Shown here piece by piece: positions 29,454 to 38,135 of a stretch of DNA of 64,000 bases (the stretch's first letter is position 1; each line of letters begins with the position of its first letter). Source of the stretch: Vicinamibacterales bacterium (lineage in GTDB: Bacteria; Acidobacteriota; Vicinamibacteria; Vicinamibacterales; UBA2999). Below the pieces are notes generated by a model. It saw nothing but the letters and a program-made list of their open reading frames with translations. It was not told where the DNA came from and did no database searches. A program made the translations under genes and the position numbers. The stretch covers positions 33,575 to 97,574 of the forward strand of contig DATKDY010000261.1 of assembly GCA_035512515.1 (NCBI GenBank), read 5' to 3'.

Positions 29454-30488
29454 CTATCGCTTGGTGATGACGACGTTGCCGGAAAAGCTCCGGAGCGCGA
29501 GAATCGCGCCTGCGTCGCCGTACGTGCCGCGAATGGCGCGGGTGGCGGTTCCGCGGCGTCCTGGCCCGTCGTTGGTCGATCGCAACGTGATGGGGAAGTC
29601 GGACCGGACGCTTCCGCTGAACGTGCTCGCGTCGAGCTCGAACCCCGGGGCGTTCGACGTCAGCATCACACGCACGTCGCCCGAATGGGCATTGAACTCG
29701 TATCGCCCTCCGCGGGCCAGCGCGCCTTCAAAGGTAATCACGCCGCTGAGCGTCTTGGCCGTCAAGCGCTCGACCTGCAGACTCGACAGCTGCAGGTCGC
29801 CGCTGACGCTGCTCGCGTCAAGCGTACGGACCTTCAGCCCCGATGCGACGACCGTGCCGCTCACGGTGCCGAGCGTGAGCGAGGGGGACGCGATGTCCCG
29901 CGCGCGCACATCGCCGGACACGGTTTTTGCCAGCGCGAGATTGGGCGTGCCGATTGCCTCGACGTCGCCGCTGATGCTTTCGGCCCGCACTTCGCCGCGG
30001 ACCCCGTTGACCGAGATGTCGCCCGACACCGTTTTGAGCGACACGCCGGCGTTTTGCGGAACGGTGATGGTGTAATCCACGCTGCCATTGAAGCCGCGAT
30101 TCACGCGTGGATAGATCGTGCGAACCTCGATGCGTCCGCCCACCTGCGCCACTTCAATCCGTAATGCGGTCAGCAGGCGCTTCGCTTCCGCGGCGTCGCG
30201 CTGGCGGACGCGCTTGATGGCGTCGATCTTCACTTCGTTCCCGGGACCTGTCGTGACGCGGATGTCGCCGGAGATGTGGGTGAGATCCAGTGAGCCGTCG
30301 CTGCCCAACGTGTAGGTTCCGCTGAATGTCTCGGTTTGCTCAGGGCCCTGCCGGGATTCCTGGAAGCGCTCGAGCCACGCCAGGCGGGGGTTCTTCTCGC
30401 CGGCCGCATCGGCGCCGAAAGCGGCCATCGCCGGCGCGTGGACGGCAACGAGCGCAGCGGCGAGGAAGAGCGTTCGAAGTGAAATCAT
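29454..30488 (-). CDS. DUF4097-family beta-strand repeat protein (putative adhesin)
   Basis: It has a signal peptide and reiterated SGDIxV/SGDVxx strands (HISGDIRV, TVSGDISV, SISGDVEA, TVSGDVRA, SVSGDLQL, HSGDVRV). It sits in the typical position behind an anti-sigma gene. Confidence 0.75.
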   Translation of the reverse strand: MISLRTLFLAAALVAVHAPAMAAFGADAAGEKNPRLAWLERFQESRQGPEQTETFSGTYTLGSDGSLDLTHISGDIRVTTGPGNEVKIDAIKRVRQRDAAEAKRLLTALRIEVAQVGGRIEVRTIYPRVNRGFNGSVDYTITVPQNAGVSLKTVSGDISVNGVRGEVRAESISGDVEAIGTPNLALAKTVSGDVRARDIASPSLTLGTVSGTVVASGLKVRTLDASSVSGDLQLSSLQVERLTAKTLSGVITFEGALARGGRYEFNAHSGDVRVMLTSNAPGFELDASTFSGSVRSDFPITLRSTNDGPGRRGTATRAIRGTYGDAGAILALRSFSGNVVITKR

Positions 30489-30490
30489 GA

Positions 30491-31231
30491 TTACTGGTTC
30501 AGCCCTTGAATGAGTCGTCCCGCTTCGGCCTGGTTGCCTTTGCGCATTTCGTTGATGAGTTCGACTGTCTGCTGCAGCAGCGCCACCTTCGACCGCATGG
30601 CGTCGAACAGGCCTTCCTGCACCGCGGCGCTCGCCGGCTGCATCTGCAACGCGGCCCGGCTTTCGTCGATCGCCTGGTCAATCACCTGCAGATTTTTCTG
30701 GAACACGGCGGCGACCTGCGGGTCGAGCGTGCCGTCGTCGCTGCGTGCGATCTGTTCGAGTTGCTGGATCGCCTTTTCGTAGTGCTCGGTTGCCAGCTGC
30801 AGTTCGGCTTGCACTGAGGCGACCGGGTCTACAGGCGCCTCGGCGGGTACCGCGATTGCCTGCTGAGTGCCGGAGGGGTCTGCCGAACGCGTCAACGACA
30901 TGATGCCGGCCGTGGTGATTATGAGCAACGCCGCCGCCGCGGCAAGCCAGGCGGTGCGCGCTGTACGTGATTCGGGAAACGCCAGGAGGCGGCCCCGCGC
31001 CGACGGTCGTGGTTCGGCGGCGAGGCGGGCGCGCACGGCCGCGAGAAGATGCGGCGGCAGCTCCAGGCGGTCGAGCGTGAAGGCCGCGGCTTGAATCGTT
31101 TTCAGGTCAGCCACCAGCGCGCGACAGGCCGGACAGCCCTCGACGTGACGCTCGAGCTCCCGCTGACGGGCGGGGGCCAGCGCGCCGTCGACGAACTCGG
31201 CAATCGCTTCGCGGTAATCGTGGCAACTCAT
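30491..31231 (-). CDS. anti-sigma factor (zf-HC2 type, single-pass membrane)
   Basis: The product begins MSCHDYREAIAEFVDGALAPARQRELERHVEGCPACRAL, the H-x3-C-x2-C motif, and has a central TM segment. Confidence 0.8.
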   Translation of the reverse strand: MSCHDYREAIAEFVDGALAPARQRELERHVEGCPACRALVADLKTIQAAAFTLDRLELPPHLLAAVRARLAAEPRPSARGRLLAFPESRTARTAWLAAAAALLIITTAGIMSLTRSADPSGTQQAIAVPAEAPVDPVASVQAELQLATEHYEKAIQQLEQIARSDDGTLDPQVAAVFQKNLQVIDQAIDESRAALQMQPASAAVQEGLFDAMRSKVALLQQTVELINEMRKGNQAEAGRLIQGLNQ

Positions 31232-31233
31232 AA

Positions 31234-31284
31234 CGGCTTTCGGCTCTCAGCTATCGGCGCTCTCAGCTCCCGGCTTCAGCGCTT
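31234..31284. repeat. 7-mer array ([AG]GCTNNC on the + strand, GCTGA[GA]A-type on the sense (-) strand) filling the sigma/anti-sigma spacer
   Basis: A direct read gives ggctttc ggctctc agctatc ggcgctctc agctccc ggcttc agcgctttc agctcac ggctctc. The last codons and TGA of the sigma gene lie in the array. Confidence 0.9.
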
Positions 31285-31860
31285 TCAGCTCACGGCTCTC
31301 GGCTGTGTCAAATACGCACGGATTCGTAAGCGGGCCTTGTGGACCTGTGATTTCGACGTCCCTTCCGAAATACCCAGAATCGCGCCCACCTCGCCGTGTC
31401 CAAACCCCTCGACGTCGTGGAGCAGAAACGCCGCGCGGCAGGCAGGAGGCAAGCGGTGAATCGCCCGATCCAGATCAATCCGGCTGACCGCACCGAGCGC
31501 CGGGGTGCCGGTGGGTTCCTGCGCGCCATCTTCGTCGAGTGAGTCAGTCTGCTGACCCATCCGCGACTGCCGGCTGCGCAGTGCGTCGAGACAATGATTC
31601 ATGGCGAGCCGGTACAACCACGTCCCCAGCGACGACTCACCGCGAAAGCTCCCAAGCTTCCGGTACGCGAGAAGGAAGATGTCCTGCAAGAGGTCGTCGG
31701 CATCGTTCGCCGTTCCCGCCATCCGATACGCCAGATTGTAAAGGCGCGGCGCATGCTGCCGGTAGAGCTCTTCGAACGCCGCCCCGTCTCCGGATCTGAT
31801 TTTTCCGGCCAGCTCCAGGTCGGCGTTTTTCACGTCTCCTATGGGTTTAGACGAGGCCAT
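31285..31860 (-). CDS. ECF (sigma-70 family, group 4) RNA polymerase sigma factor
   Basis: Region 2 reads DDLLQDIFLLAYRKLGSFRGESSLGTWLYRLAMNHCLD. Region 4 reads AFLLHDVEGFGHGEVGAILGISEGTSKSQVHKAR. The start is ATG 31860 or 31881. Confidence 0.9.
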   Translation of the reverse strand: MASSKPIGDVKNADLELAGKIRSGDGAAFEELYRQHAPRLYNLAYRMAGTANDADDLLQDIFLLAYRKLGSFRGESSLGTWLYRLAMNHCLDALRSRQSRMGQQTDSLDEDGAQEPTGTPALGAVSRIDLDRAIHRLPPACRAAFLLHDVEGFGHGEVGAILGISEGTSKSQVHKARLRIRAYLTQPRAVS

Positions 31861-31943
31861 CTGGAAAGGGGTTGATTGCATTGATCGCGGGACCGGTCGA
31901 AGGCCTGCCCCCTTTGCGATACGGGAATGCGGCCGATTTAGTT

Positions 31944-32249
31944 CTACGGCCACTTGACCTTGTCGAAGTGGTGAACCCTGGTCGCGGTGCTGGAGAGCCC
32001 CTCAGCGGCCAGCAGGGCCCGCTTGAGGCTCAGATTGCCACCGTAGCCACCGAGCAGACCGCCTGAGGCGATGACGCGATGGTAGGGCACGTGTGGAGCA
32101 CGCGCCGCCCGCATGATGTTACCTACCGCTCGCGCGGCGCGTGGCTTGCCGGCAAGCCGCGCCACGGTCCCATAGGTCGTGACGCGGCCGACGGGGATAC
32201 GTCGCACCACCGTCAGGACGCGGCGCGTGAACGCGGATTCACTGGCCAA
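31944..32249 (-). CDS. MGMT-family DNA-binding domain protein with active-site Cys replaced by Tyr (alkyltransferase-like, ATL)
   Basis: The product reads ..IPVGRVTTYGTVARLAGKPRAARAVGNIMRAARAPHVPYHRVIASGG.. The canonical PCHRV is PYHRV here. Confidence 0.8.
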   Translation of the reverse strand: MASESAFTRRVLTVVRRIPVGRVTTYGTVARLAGKPRAARAVGNIMRAARAPHVPYHRVIASGGLLGGYGGNLSLKRALLAAEGLSSTATRVHHFDKVKWP

Positions 32250-32871
32250 CGCTGATCTTCAATCGCAGGGTTGTGCCCCCGAGATTGTCTTCGTTGAACG
32301 TTGCGGACACGCCGCCGCCAAGCGCGTCCGGAATCGACGCCCAGGAGACCTCGCCGCCGACCGCCAGCCAGCGACGCGGCTGATACTCGGCGCCGCCGAT
32401 GATGTGAAAGCCTGCGAAGCGTTCGTCCACGTTTTCGTCCGGGTCGGCGAAATCGGACGTCTCGCGATACCGATACGAGCTATAACCGACGCCGCCATAC
32501 GGCACCACGCGCGGCCATTTGCGGAAGCGCCAGCCGCCCGTGATTTCGAGAGGCGTGATCGTCACGGCCACTGGAATGCCCAGCCGAAACACGTCGCCGG
32601 TTGCCGTCACGAACGCCCGCTCGCCTTCCTGTGCGAACTGCGAGGCGGCCACTTCGACGAAGATCCCCCAGGGCAGCAGCGCCTGCCCCCCGCCGCCGAT
32701 AATCGGTCCTGCGTGCCGATCGAAGATGGCGTCGAAGCTGCTCTGGGACTGAAATGTGATGTGGCCGAAGGTCGCAAAACCACGAACGCCGATGGCATTG
32801 TCGCGCGGCTGCGCGTAGGCCGGCGCCGCCGCCAGTGCGGTGACCGTGAGGAGCGTGAGAAGTCCCGCCAT
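32239..32871 (-). CDS. outer-membrane beta-barrel protein (OmpW/porin-like small barrel)
   Basis: The ATG at 32871 gives the signal MAGLLTLLTVTALAAAPAYAQ. It has alternating beta-strand patterns and aromatic girdle residues. Confidence 0.65.
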   Translation of the reverse strand: MAGLLTLLTVTALAAAPAYAQPRDNAIGVRGFATFGHITFQSQSSFDAIFDRHAGPIIGGGGQALLPWGIFVEVAASQFAQEGERAFVTATGDVFRLGIPVAVTITPLEITGGWRFRKWPRVVPYGGVGYSSYRYRETSDFADPDENVDERFAGFHIIGGAEYQPRRWLAVGGEVSWASIPDALGGGVSATFNEDNLGGTTLRLKISVGQ

Positions 32872-32873
32872 GT

Positions 32874-34457
32874 CTATTTCGCCAGACCAAGCCCACGCAG
32901 TGTGGCGCGTGGCTGGATCAAGCCGTGTCCGTACTGGTTGTCGACGCCGGGAGGGCCCAGGTCCCTGGCGAATTGCTTCATGGCCGCCTCGATCGCCGCG
33001 GGGCTCGTGATGCCCTGCTGCATCAGCAGCGCGGCAAATGCCGAGACGTGCGGCGTCGCCATCGACGTGCCCTGGAAGAAGTAATACGCAAACATGTCGG
33101 CCCGCGGGGCGCCGAAGCTGTCGGGACCGAGTTCGTACGTATGCAGGACGTCGAGGTCCAGCGTCTGCTGCAGGATCCCGCCTGTTCCGCCATCGCGGCG
33201 TTGATCGCCGCCGGGCGCGGCGATTTCCACATAGCTGTTTGTCGTCGAGTAAAACGCACGCTCGAGCGCGCGGCCCACTGCACCGACTGCCACCATCCCC
33301 GGGATACCGGGTGCGGACTCCGCGGTCCGGCTCGGCGCGTTGCCGGCCTCGGCGGTGTTGCCGGCCGCCACGGCGACAAAGACGCCGCGCGAGATCGCAT
33401 AGCGAATCGCGTCGTCGACCACCGTGGAGGGGCCACCTTCCGATCGCCCGATGCTCATGTTGATGACCTGGGCGCCGTTCTCGGCGGCGTAACGGATCCC
33501 TCGAGCCACGGTATCGTCGGATCCGACGTTGGGAGAGCCAAAAATGAAATCCCACACGTCGTCGATCACCTTGATCGGCATGATCCGGACGTTGTACGCC
33601 ATGCCGGCGACACCGATGCCGTTGTTGGTGAGCTGGCCGATCGTGCCGCTGACGTGTGTGCCATGGCCGTCCAGGTCGAGCGGAAGATCGTCCTCCCAGA
33701 TGAAGTCGCGCGGCATCTCGAACTTGGCATCGCCGAGTTCGGGCGCCACGGCGAAGGGCATCTCGATCCGGCCCAGCGCGGGAAACACGGGCCCGTCCTC
33801 GCTCAAGCGGAACGGTGAGACGTCATAGCCAACGGTCAGGGTGCGAAACGCGACGCCGCTGTCAAGCACAGCGACGACGATCTCGCTGCCGGCCTCCGGT
33901 TGAATGTCCCACGCGCGTTCCATGTCGATGGCCGGGAAGTTCCACTGCCGGTCGTAGAACGGATCGTTCGGACGCAGCATCGGGTAGTTGCGATATCGCG
34001 GCTGGGCGTATTCGACGTCCGGATTGAGGCGCAGCCGGGCTGCGACCGCTTCCGGATCGGCGTCCGGCGGGATCTGCATGATCTCGAAGTTCGCGTAGGA
34101 GGGCCGCTCGATGCCCGACGCCGCCGCCACCCGCATCGCCGAGCTCACGGCGTTGCCCCCGGTGCCCGCGCGAAATTTGACGATGACCGAGCCGGTCAGA
34201 AACAGCCGCTCGTTCGGCGTGCCGTCGAGCCGCTCCATCTGCACGCGAATCCCGCGGCTGCCACGCCTGCTCGGCTCAATCGGGACGTCGTGTTCGCGCA
34301 ATCCACGATCGATGCCGGGCAAGCCCGTCGTCTTCAGCACGACGCGACCAGCGGCACTTCGCACATCCTGTCCGCGTCCGGGAATGACGAGCAGCGTGGC
34401 ACATGCGGCCAGCGTGACGCCGGCTCGCGCCCACCTTGTCGATCCAGGCGATGTCAT
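32874..34457 (-). CDS. S8 family (subtilisin-like) serine peptidase, secreted
   Basis: The catalytic triad motifs are VAVLDSGV (Asp), HGTHVSGTIG (His) and GTSMATPHVSA (Ser). Confidence 0.9.
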   Translation of the reverse strand: MTSPGSTRWARAGVTLAACATLLVIPGRGQDVRSAAGRVVLKTTGLPGIDRGLREHDVPIEPSRRGSRGIRVQMERLDGTPNERLFLTGSVIVKFRAGTGGNAVSSAMRVAAASGIERPSYANFEIMQIPPDADPEAVAARLRLNPDVEYAQPRYRNYPMLRPNDPFYDRQWNFPAIDMERAWDIQPEAGSEIVVAVLDSGVAFRTLTVGYDVSPFRLSEDGPVFPALGRIEMPFAVAPELGDAKFEMPRDFIWEDDLPLDLDGHGTHVSGTIGQLTNNGIGVAGMAYNVRIMPIKVIDDVWDFIFGSPNVGSDDTVARGIRYAAENGAQVINMSIGRSEGGPSTVVDDAIRYAISRGVFVAVAAGNTAEAGNAPSRTAESAPGIPGMVAVGAVGRALERAFYSTTNSYVEIAAPGGDQRRDGGTGGILQQTLDLDVLHTYELGPDSFGAPRADMFAYYFFQGTSMATPHVSAFAALLMQQGITSPAAIEAAMKQFARDLGPPGVDNQYGHGLIQPRATLRGLGLAK

Positions 34458-34502
34458 CGGAGAGGTCCTGTCAGTCTGGGGCAGATGGCTCGTCTATGTT
34501 AC

Positions 34503-34690
34503 CCGCTTCGCGGGGCCGGCTTCGCCCGCAGGCCACGCTGCGCGTGGAAGGCCGCTTCGCGGCGGGCCGCGCTACGCGCGGGAAGGCCCGGCGCGCCTGC
34601 GGCGCGAGAGGGTGTGATCGGCGCGAAGCGCCTGGCGCGAAGCGCCGCCCTCGCGGCGAAGCCGCGCCTGCCCGGCCGCAGGCCGGCCGT
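34503..34690. repeat. GC-rich REP-like element(s); the 3' part is an inverted copy of the 48.3-kb/56.9-kb family
   Basis: The reverse complement of 34610-34690 contains caggcgcggcttcgccgcgaggg and cgccgatcac, shared with 56890-56945 and 48300-48384. It has many GCTTCGC/GCGAAGC mini-hairpins. Confidence 0.8.
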
Positions 34691-36330
34691 CAATGCAGCG
34701 CGTCGGTGAGCACGCGCCCGTCGATATCGGTCATCGCGAGTCTGATCAACGACGCCAGTGTCGGCGCGAGGTCCGCGGGCGAGGCGGCTGTCGTGTAACG
34801 GCCGCGCTTGAAGGCGGGCCCCATGAAGATCACCGGCACGTGCTGGTCGTACCAATGACCGGAGCCGTGTGTCGCCGCCGACGTGTTCGTGCCAATCCAG
34901 TTGCGCCACAACACGACTACGATTTCCCCGCTTTCCTCCGGATGGTGCCCGAGCGCTGCGGCGCGCTCGACTGGGTCCACACTCTCGCGCTTCGAGGGCA
35001 GATCGTGCGCCGGAAACACGCGCAGAACACCAGGCATCTGTGAGACGGCTGTCACCAGCGGCTGCACGAACGCGCGGTCCTGCTGGGCACGGTGCCTGGC
35101 CTCGTCGGTCAAATACACGTTCGAGTATTCGACGTGTGCGACATACGACCCCGGGCCGTGTGCCGCGATCATCGCCGCCTCGGCCGCCTTCTGCACTTCG
35201 GTGTTCAGCACACGGCCGGCATCGCCGCCCGCGGCGCGAAGCGCTTCGGGAATGGCTGACACACCGTGATCCGCCGACACCGCGACTGCATATCGATCAC
35301 GCCCGACGGTCGCGTCGAGCACGTCGAAAAGGTCGCCAAGCGTCCGATCGAGACGGAACAGCGTGTCCTGCACTTCGTGACTCGCGGGACCGAAGTCGTG
35401 GCCGACGTAATCGAGCGCCGAAAAACTGATCGCGAGATAGTCCACCGCGTCACGCTGACCGAGCTGGTAGGTGCGCGTCAGCGCGGCCGCCATCCGCCCC
35501 AGGTATGCATCCGAGTACGGACTGCGCTCCCAGAAGTCGAAGAACCTGTCGGCCGCGGTCCCGGCTGCGCCGGACAGCGGGTGTGGGAACGTTGACGTCC
35601 AGCCGGTGCGCGGCCGCTCGTGGGCGCTTGCATCGGTCCCCACGTAGTCGCTTGCCGGGCGCACGCGTTGCCAGACCTCGTTGCGTTCGCGCTCGACCGG
35701 ATTGGCGGTGACGAACTGTTGCACTGCGGCGACCGGCGCAGGCGCGTAGGCCGTGGAGGTGGCCCACACGTTCGTATCGGCAAACCAGGACACGGCGGTG
35801 CCGCGACGGCCAGCCAGCATCACCGTGCTGCGCGGCTTCATCGACAGCACGACGGCGCGTGACGTGGGCGAGACGTCGCGGAGCCGATCGCCCAGTGTCG
35901 GCACGCGAAGGCGATTGGGGCTGTGCCCAATCGGTTCTGCGGGCGCCGTATACGGGACGCTCCTCGCGGTTGGGTCGTCCGTGCACGACATGCGTCGCTG
36001 CGAGGGGCGCCGGTACCACTCGTTCATGATGACGCCGTGGCGGTAGGGCAGCGTGCCGGTCCCAATGGTGGCATGGCCCGCACACGTGACCGTGTTGAGG
36101 TACGGATAGAATGCGCGTTCGAAGACGGCACCCTCGGTGACCAGGCGATCGAGCCCGCGGTTCCATGTCTTGCCGTAGCGGTCGATGTAGTCGAAGCGCA
36201 TCTGGTCCACGACCAGCATCACGATCAGTTTGGGCGCAGACGGGGGCTCTCGCGTCGGTTGCGTCGCCGGCTGGCCATCAGCGCCCAGGCCCAGCGCCAG
36301 CGCAACCGAGGCCGCGGCGGCGAATCGCAT
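34690..36330 (-). CDS. alkaline-phosphatase superfamily phosphatase/phosphodiesterase (PafA/NPP-like), secreted
   Basis: The product contains KLIVMLVVDQMRFDY, then NTVTCAGHATIGTG (nucleophile Thr region), then ISFSALDYVGHDFGP and SADHG. Confidence 0.85.
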   Translation of the reverse strand: MRFAAAASVALALGLGADGQPATQPTREPPSAPKLIVMLVVDQMRFDYIDRYGKTWNRGLDRLVTEGAVFERAFYPYLNTVTCAGHATIGTGTLPYRHGVIMNEWYRRPSQRRMSCTDDPTARSVPYTAPAEPIGHSPNRLRVPTLGDRLRDVSPTSRAVVLSMKPRSTVMLAGRRGTAVSWFADTNVWATSTAYAPAPVAAVQQFVTANPVERERNEVWQRVRPASDYVGTDASAHERPRTGWTSTFPHPLSGAAGTAADRFFDFWERSPYSDAYLGRMAAALTRTYQLGQRDAVDYLAISFSALDYVGHDFGPASHEVQDTLFRLDRTLGDLFDVLDATVGRDRYAVAVSADHGVSAIPEALRAAGGDAGRVLNTEVQKAAEAAMIAAHGPGSYVAHVEYSNVYLTDEARHRAQQDRAFVQPLVTAVSQMPGVLRVFPAHDLPSKRESVDPVERAAALGHHPEESGEIVVVLWRNWIGTNTSAATHGSGHWYDQHVPVIFMGPAFKRGRYTTAASPADLAPTLASLIRLAMTDIDGRVLTDALH

Positions 36331-38009
36331 TACTGCTGCCTGTGATACACGACTTCGCCGCCGACGATCGTCACCAGTGGACGTGTCGAGAGGATCTCCT
36401 GCGGTTCGACGGTCATCACGTCCTTGTCGAGCAGCACCATGTCGGCCAGCTTGCCCACCTCGAGCGAGCCCAGGTCTTGTTCCGCGTGGGCGGCATAGGC
36501 GGCGTTCCAGGTGAACGACTTCAGCATCTCGTCACGCGACAGACGTTCGTCCGGCATCCAGCCGCCCGGCGGCTGTCCGGTGGGATCCTGGCGCGTGATC
36601 GCTGCGTAAAACCCGAGCATGGGGTTGGGTTCCTCGACGGGGAAGTCCGAGCCGTTGGCGAGCACGACGCCGCTCTGGATGAGCCGCTGCCAGACGTAGG
36701 CGCCTTCGTCGGCCCGGGCATCGCCGATGCGTGCGGGCACCCAGGGCATGTCCGATGTCGCGTGGGTGGCTTGCATCGACGCGATGACGTTCAGCTGGGC
36801 AAACCGCGGGATCTCGGCCGCGTCGAGGATCTGCGCGTGCTCGATGCGCATCCGGAGGTTGCGTGCGCCAGAGATCTCGGCCTGGACCCGTTCGAAGACG
36901 TCCAGCGCCACTCGATTGCCGCGGTCGCCGATGGCGTGAATGCATGTCTGAAAACCGGCGCGTGAGGCCGCCAGGGTCTGGGCGTAGATCTCTTCCGGCG
37001 GCGTCGTCATCAGCCCGCTGGTGGACGGTTCGTCGCTGTATGGTTCGAGCAGCGCGGCACCACGGGAACCCAGCGCGCCGTCTGCGCCGATCTTGATCGC
37101 GCGCACGGACAGGCGGTGTCCTCCATAGTTGATGAGCGGCCCTTTCTTGAATTCCAGTTCGAGCATCGACAGCGGTCCACGCAACATCACGTAGAGTCGC
37201 GTCTTGAGCCTGCCCGCATCGATCAGCCGCTGGTAGGCCGTGACGTTCTCGGGGGTCGTGCCCGCATCATGCACCATCGTCAGGCCCAATTTGCGCGTCT
37301 CCGTATCCGCGAGCAGAATCTGCTCTTCGAGCTGCGCCGTGCTGACTGGCGGGATCTTCGACCCGACGAGATCCTGCGCGCTGTCGATGAGGACGCCGGC
37401 GGGATCGCCATTGGCATCGCGAATGATCCGTCCGCCCGGCGGGTCCTGCGTGCTGCGGGTGACGCCGGCGGCGTCGAGGGCGGCCTTGTTGACCAGCGCC
37501 GCGTGCCCGTCCACCCGCGTCAGGTACACGGGGTTGTTGGGGGCCGCGGCGGTCAGTTGCGCGTGGTGTGGCCAATCCTTGACTGGCCACAGGTTCTGAT
37601 CCCAGCTGCGGCCCTGGATCCACTCGCCCGGCCGCGCCGTGGCCGCTCGCGCACGGACCATTTCGACGATCCGTTCGTAGCTGGTCGTGCCTCGCAGCGG
37701 CAGGATCTGCAGGCTCGCGCCGAGATTCGTGAAATGCCCGTGTGAGTCCTGGATGCCGGGAATCAGCGTCGCGCCCTTGGCATCGATGACGCGTGTCTCT
37801 GGCCCGCGCAGGGCGAGCGCAGCGTCGGTCGAGCCCACGAGCACGATGCGATCCCCGCGCACGGCCACGGCCTCGGCTTGCGGCTGCGCCGCGTTGACCG
37901 TGTAGACCTTCGCGTTGTGGACAATCAACGTGACGGGTTCCACGGGCCCACGTGCCTGACAGGCGGCGAGCGCCATCGCGATTGCGGCGACGAAAACACG
38001 AACCATCAT
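36330..38009 (-). CDS. amidohydrolase-family metallohydrolase (Amidohydro_3/YtcJ-like), lipoprotein
   Basis: The ATG at 38009 gives MMVRVFVAAIAMALAAC, a lipobox. It has the IPGIQDSHGHF HxH motif, and its stop overlaps the downstream start. Confidence 0.85.
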   Translation of the reverse strand: MMVRVFVAAIAMALAACQARGPVEPVTLIVHNAKVYTVNAAQPQAEAVAVRGDRIVLVGSTDAALALRGPETRVIDAKGATLIPGIQDSHGHFTNLGASLQILPLRGTTSYERIVEMVRARAATARPGEWIQGRSWDQNLWPVKDWPHHAQLTAAAPNNPVYLTRVDGHAALVNKAALDAAGVTRSTQDPPGGRIIRDANGDPAGVLIDSAQDLVGSKIPPVSTAQLEEQILLADTETRKLGLTMVHDAGTTPENVTAYQRLIDAGRLKTRLYVMLRGPLSMLELEFKKGPLINYGGHRLSVRAIKIGADGALGSRGAALLEPYSDEPSTSGLMTTPPEEIYAQTLAASRAGFQTCIHAIGDRGNRVALDVFERVQAEISGARNLRMRIEHAQILDAAEIPRFAQLNVIASMQATHATSDMPWVPARIGDARADEGAYVWQRLIQSGVVLANGSDFPVEEPNPMLGFYAAITRQDPTGQPPGGWMPDERLSRDEMLKSFTWNAAYAAHAEQDLGSLEVGKLADMVLLDKDVMTVEPQEILSTRPLVTIVGGEVVYHRQQ

Positions 38010-38135
38010 CCTCTCACTGTTGCACACTGCTGACTCCGGGGCGGATGTCCGGGGGCGCAAGGCATCCACGACGTCGAATTTCATCACGATTGCCCCTGGG
38101 TGTGCCACCGTTTCTGAGGCCGGCGGCCCGATCGC

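Noticed and set aside
28689-30164. 491-aa + strand ORF
   Set aside because: It runs antisense to three well-supported minus-strand genes (DUF4097, a small secreted protein and part of the 257-aa protein). Its composition is Arg/Ala/Gly-rich with no motifs, which is the typical long antisense ORF of high-GC DNA.
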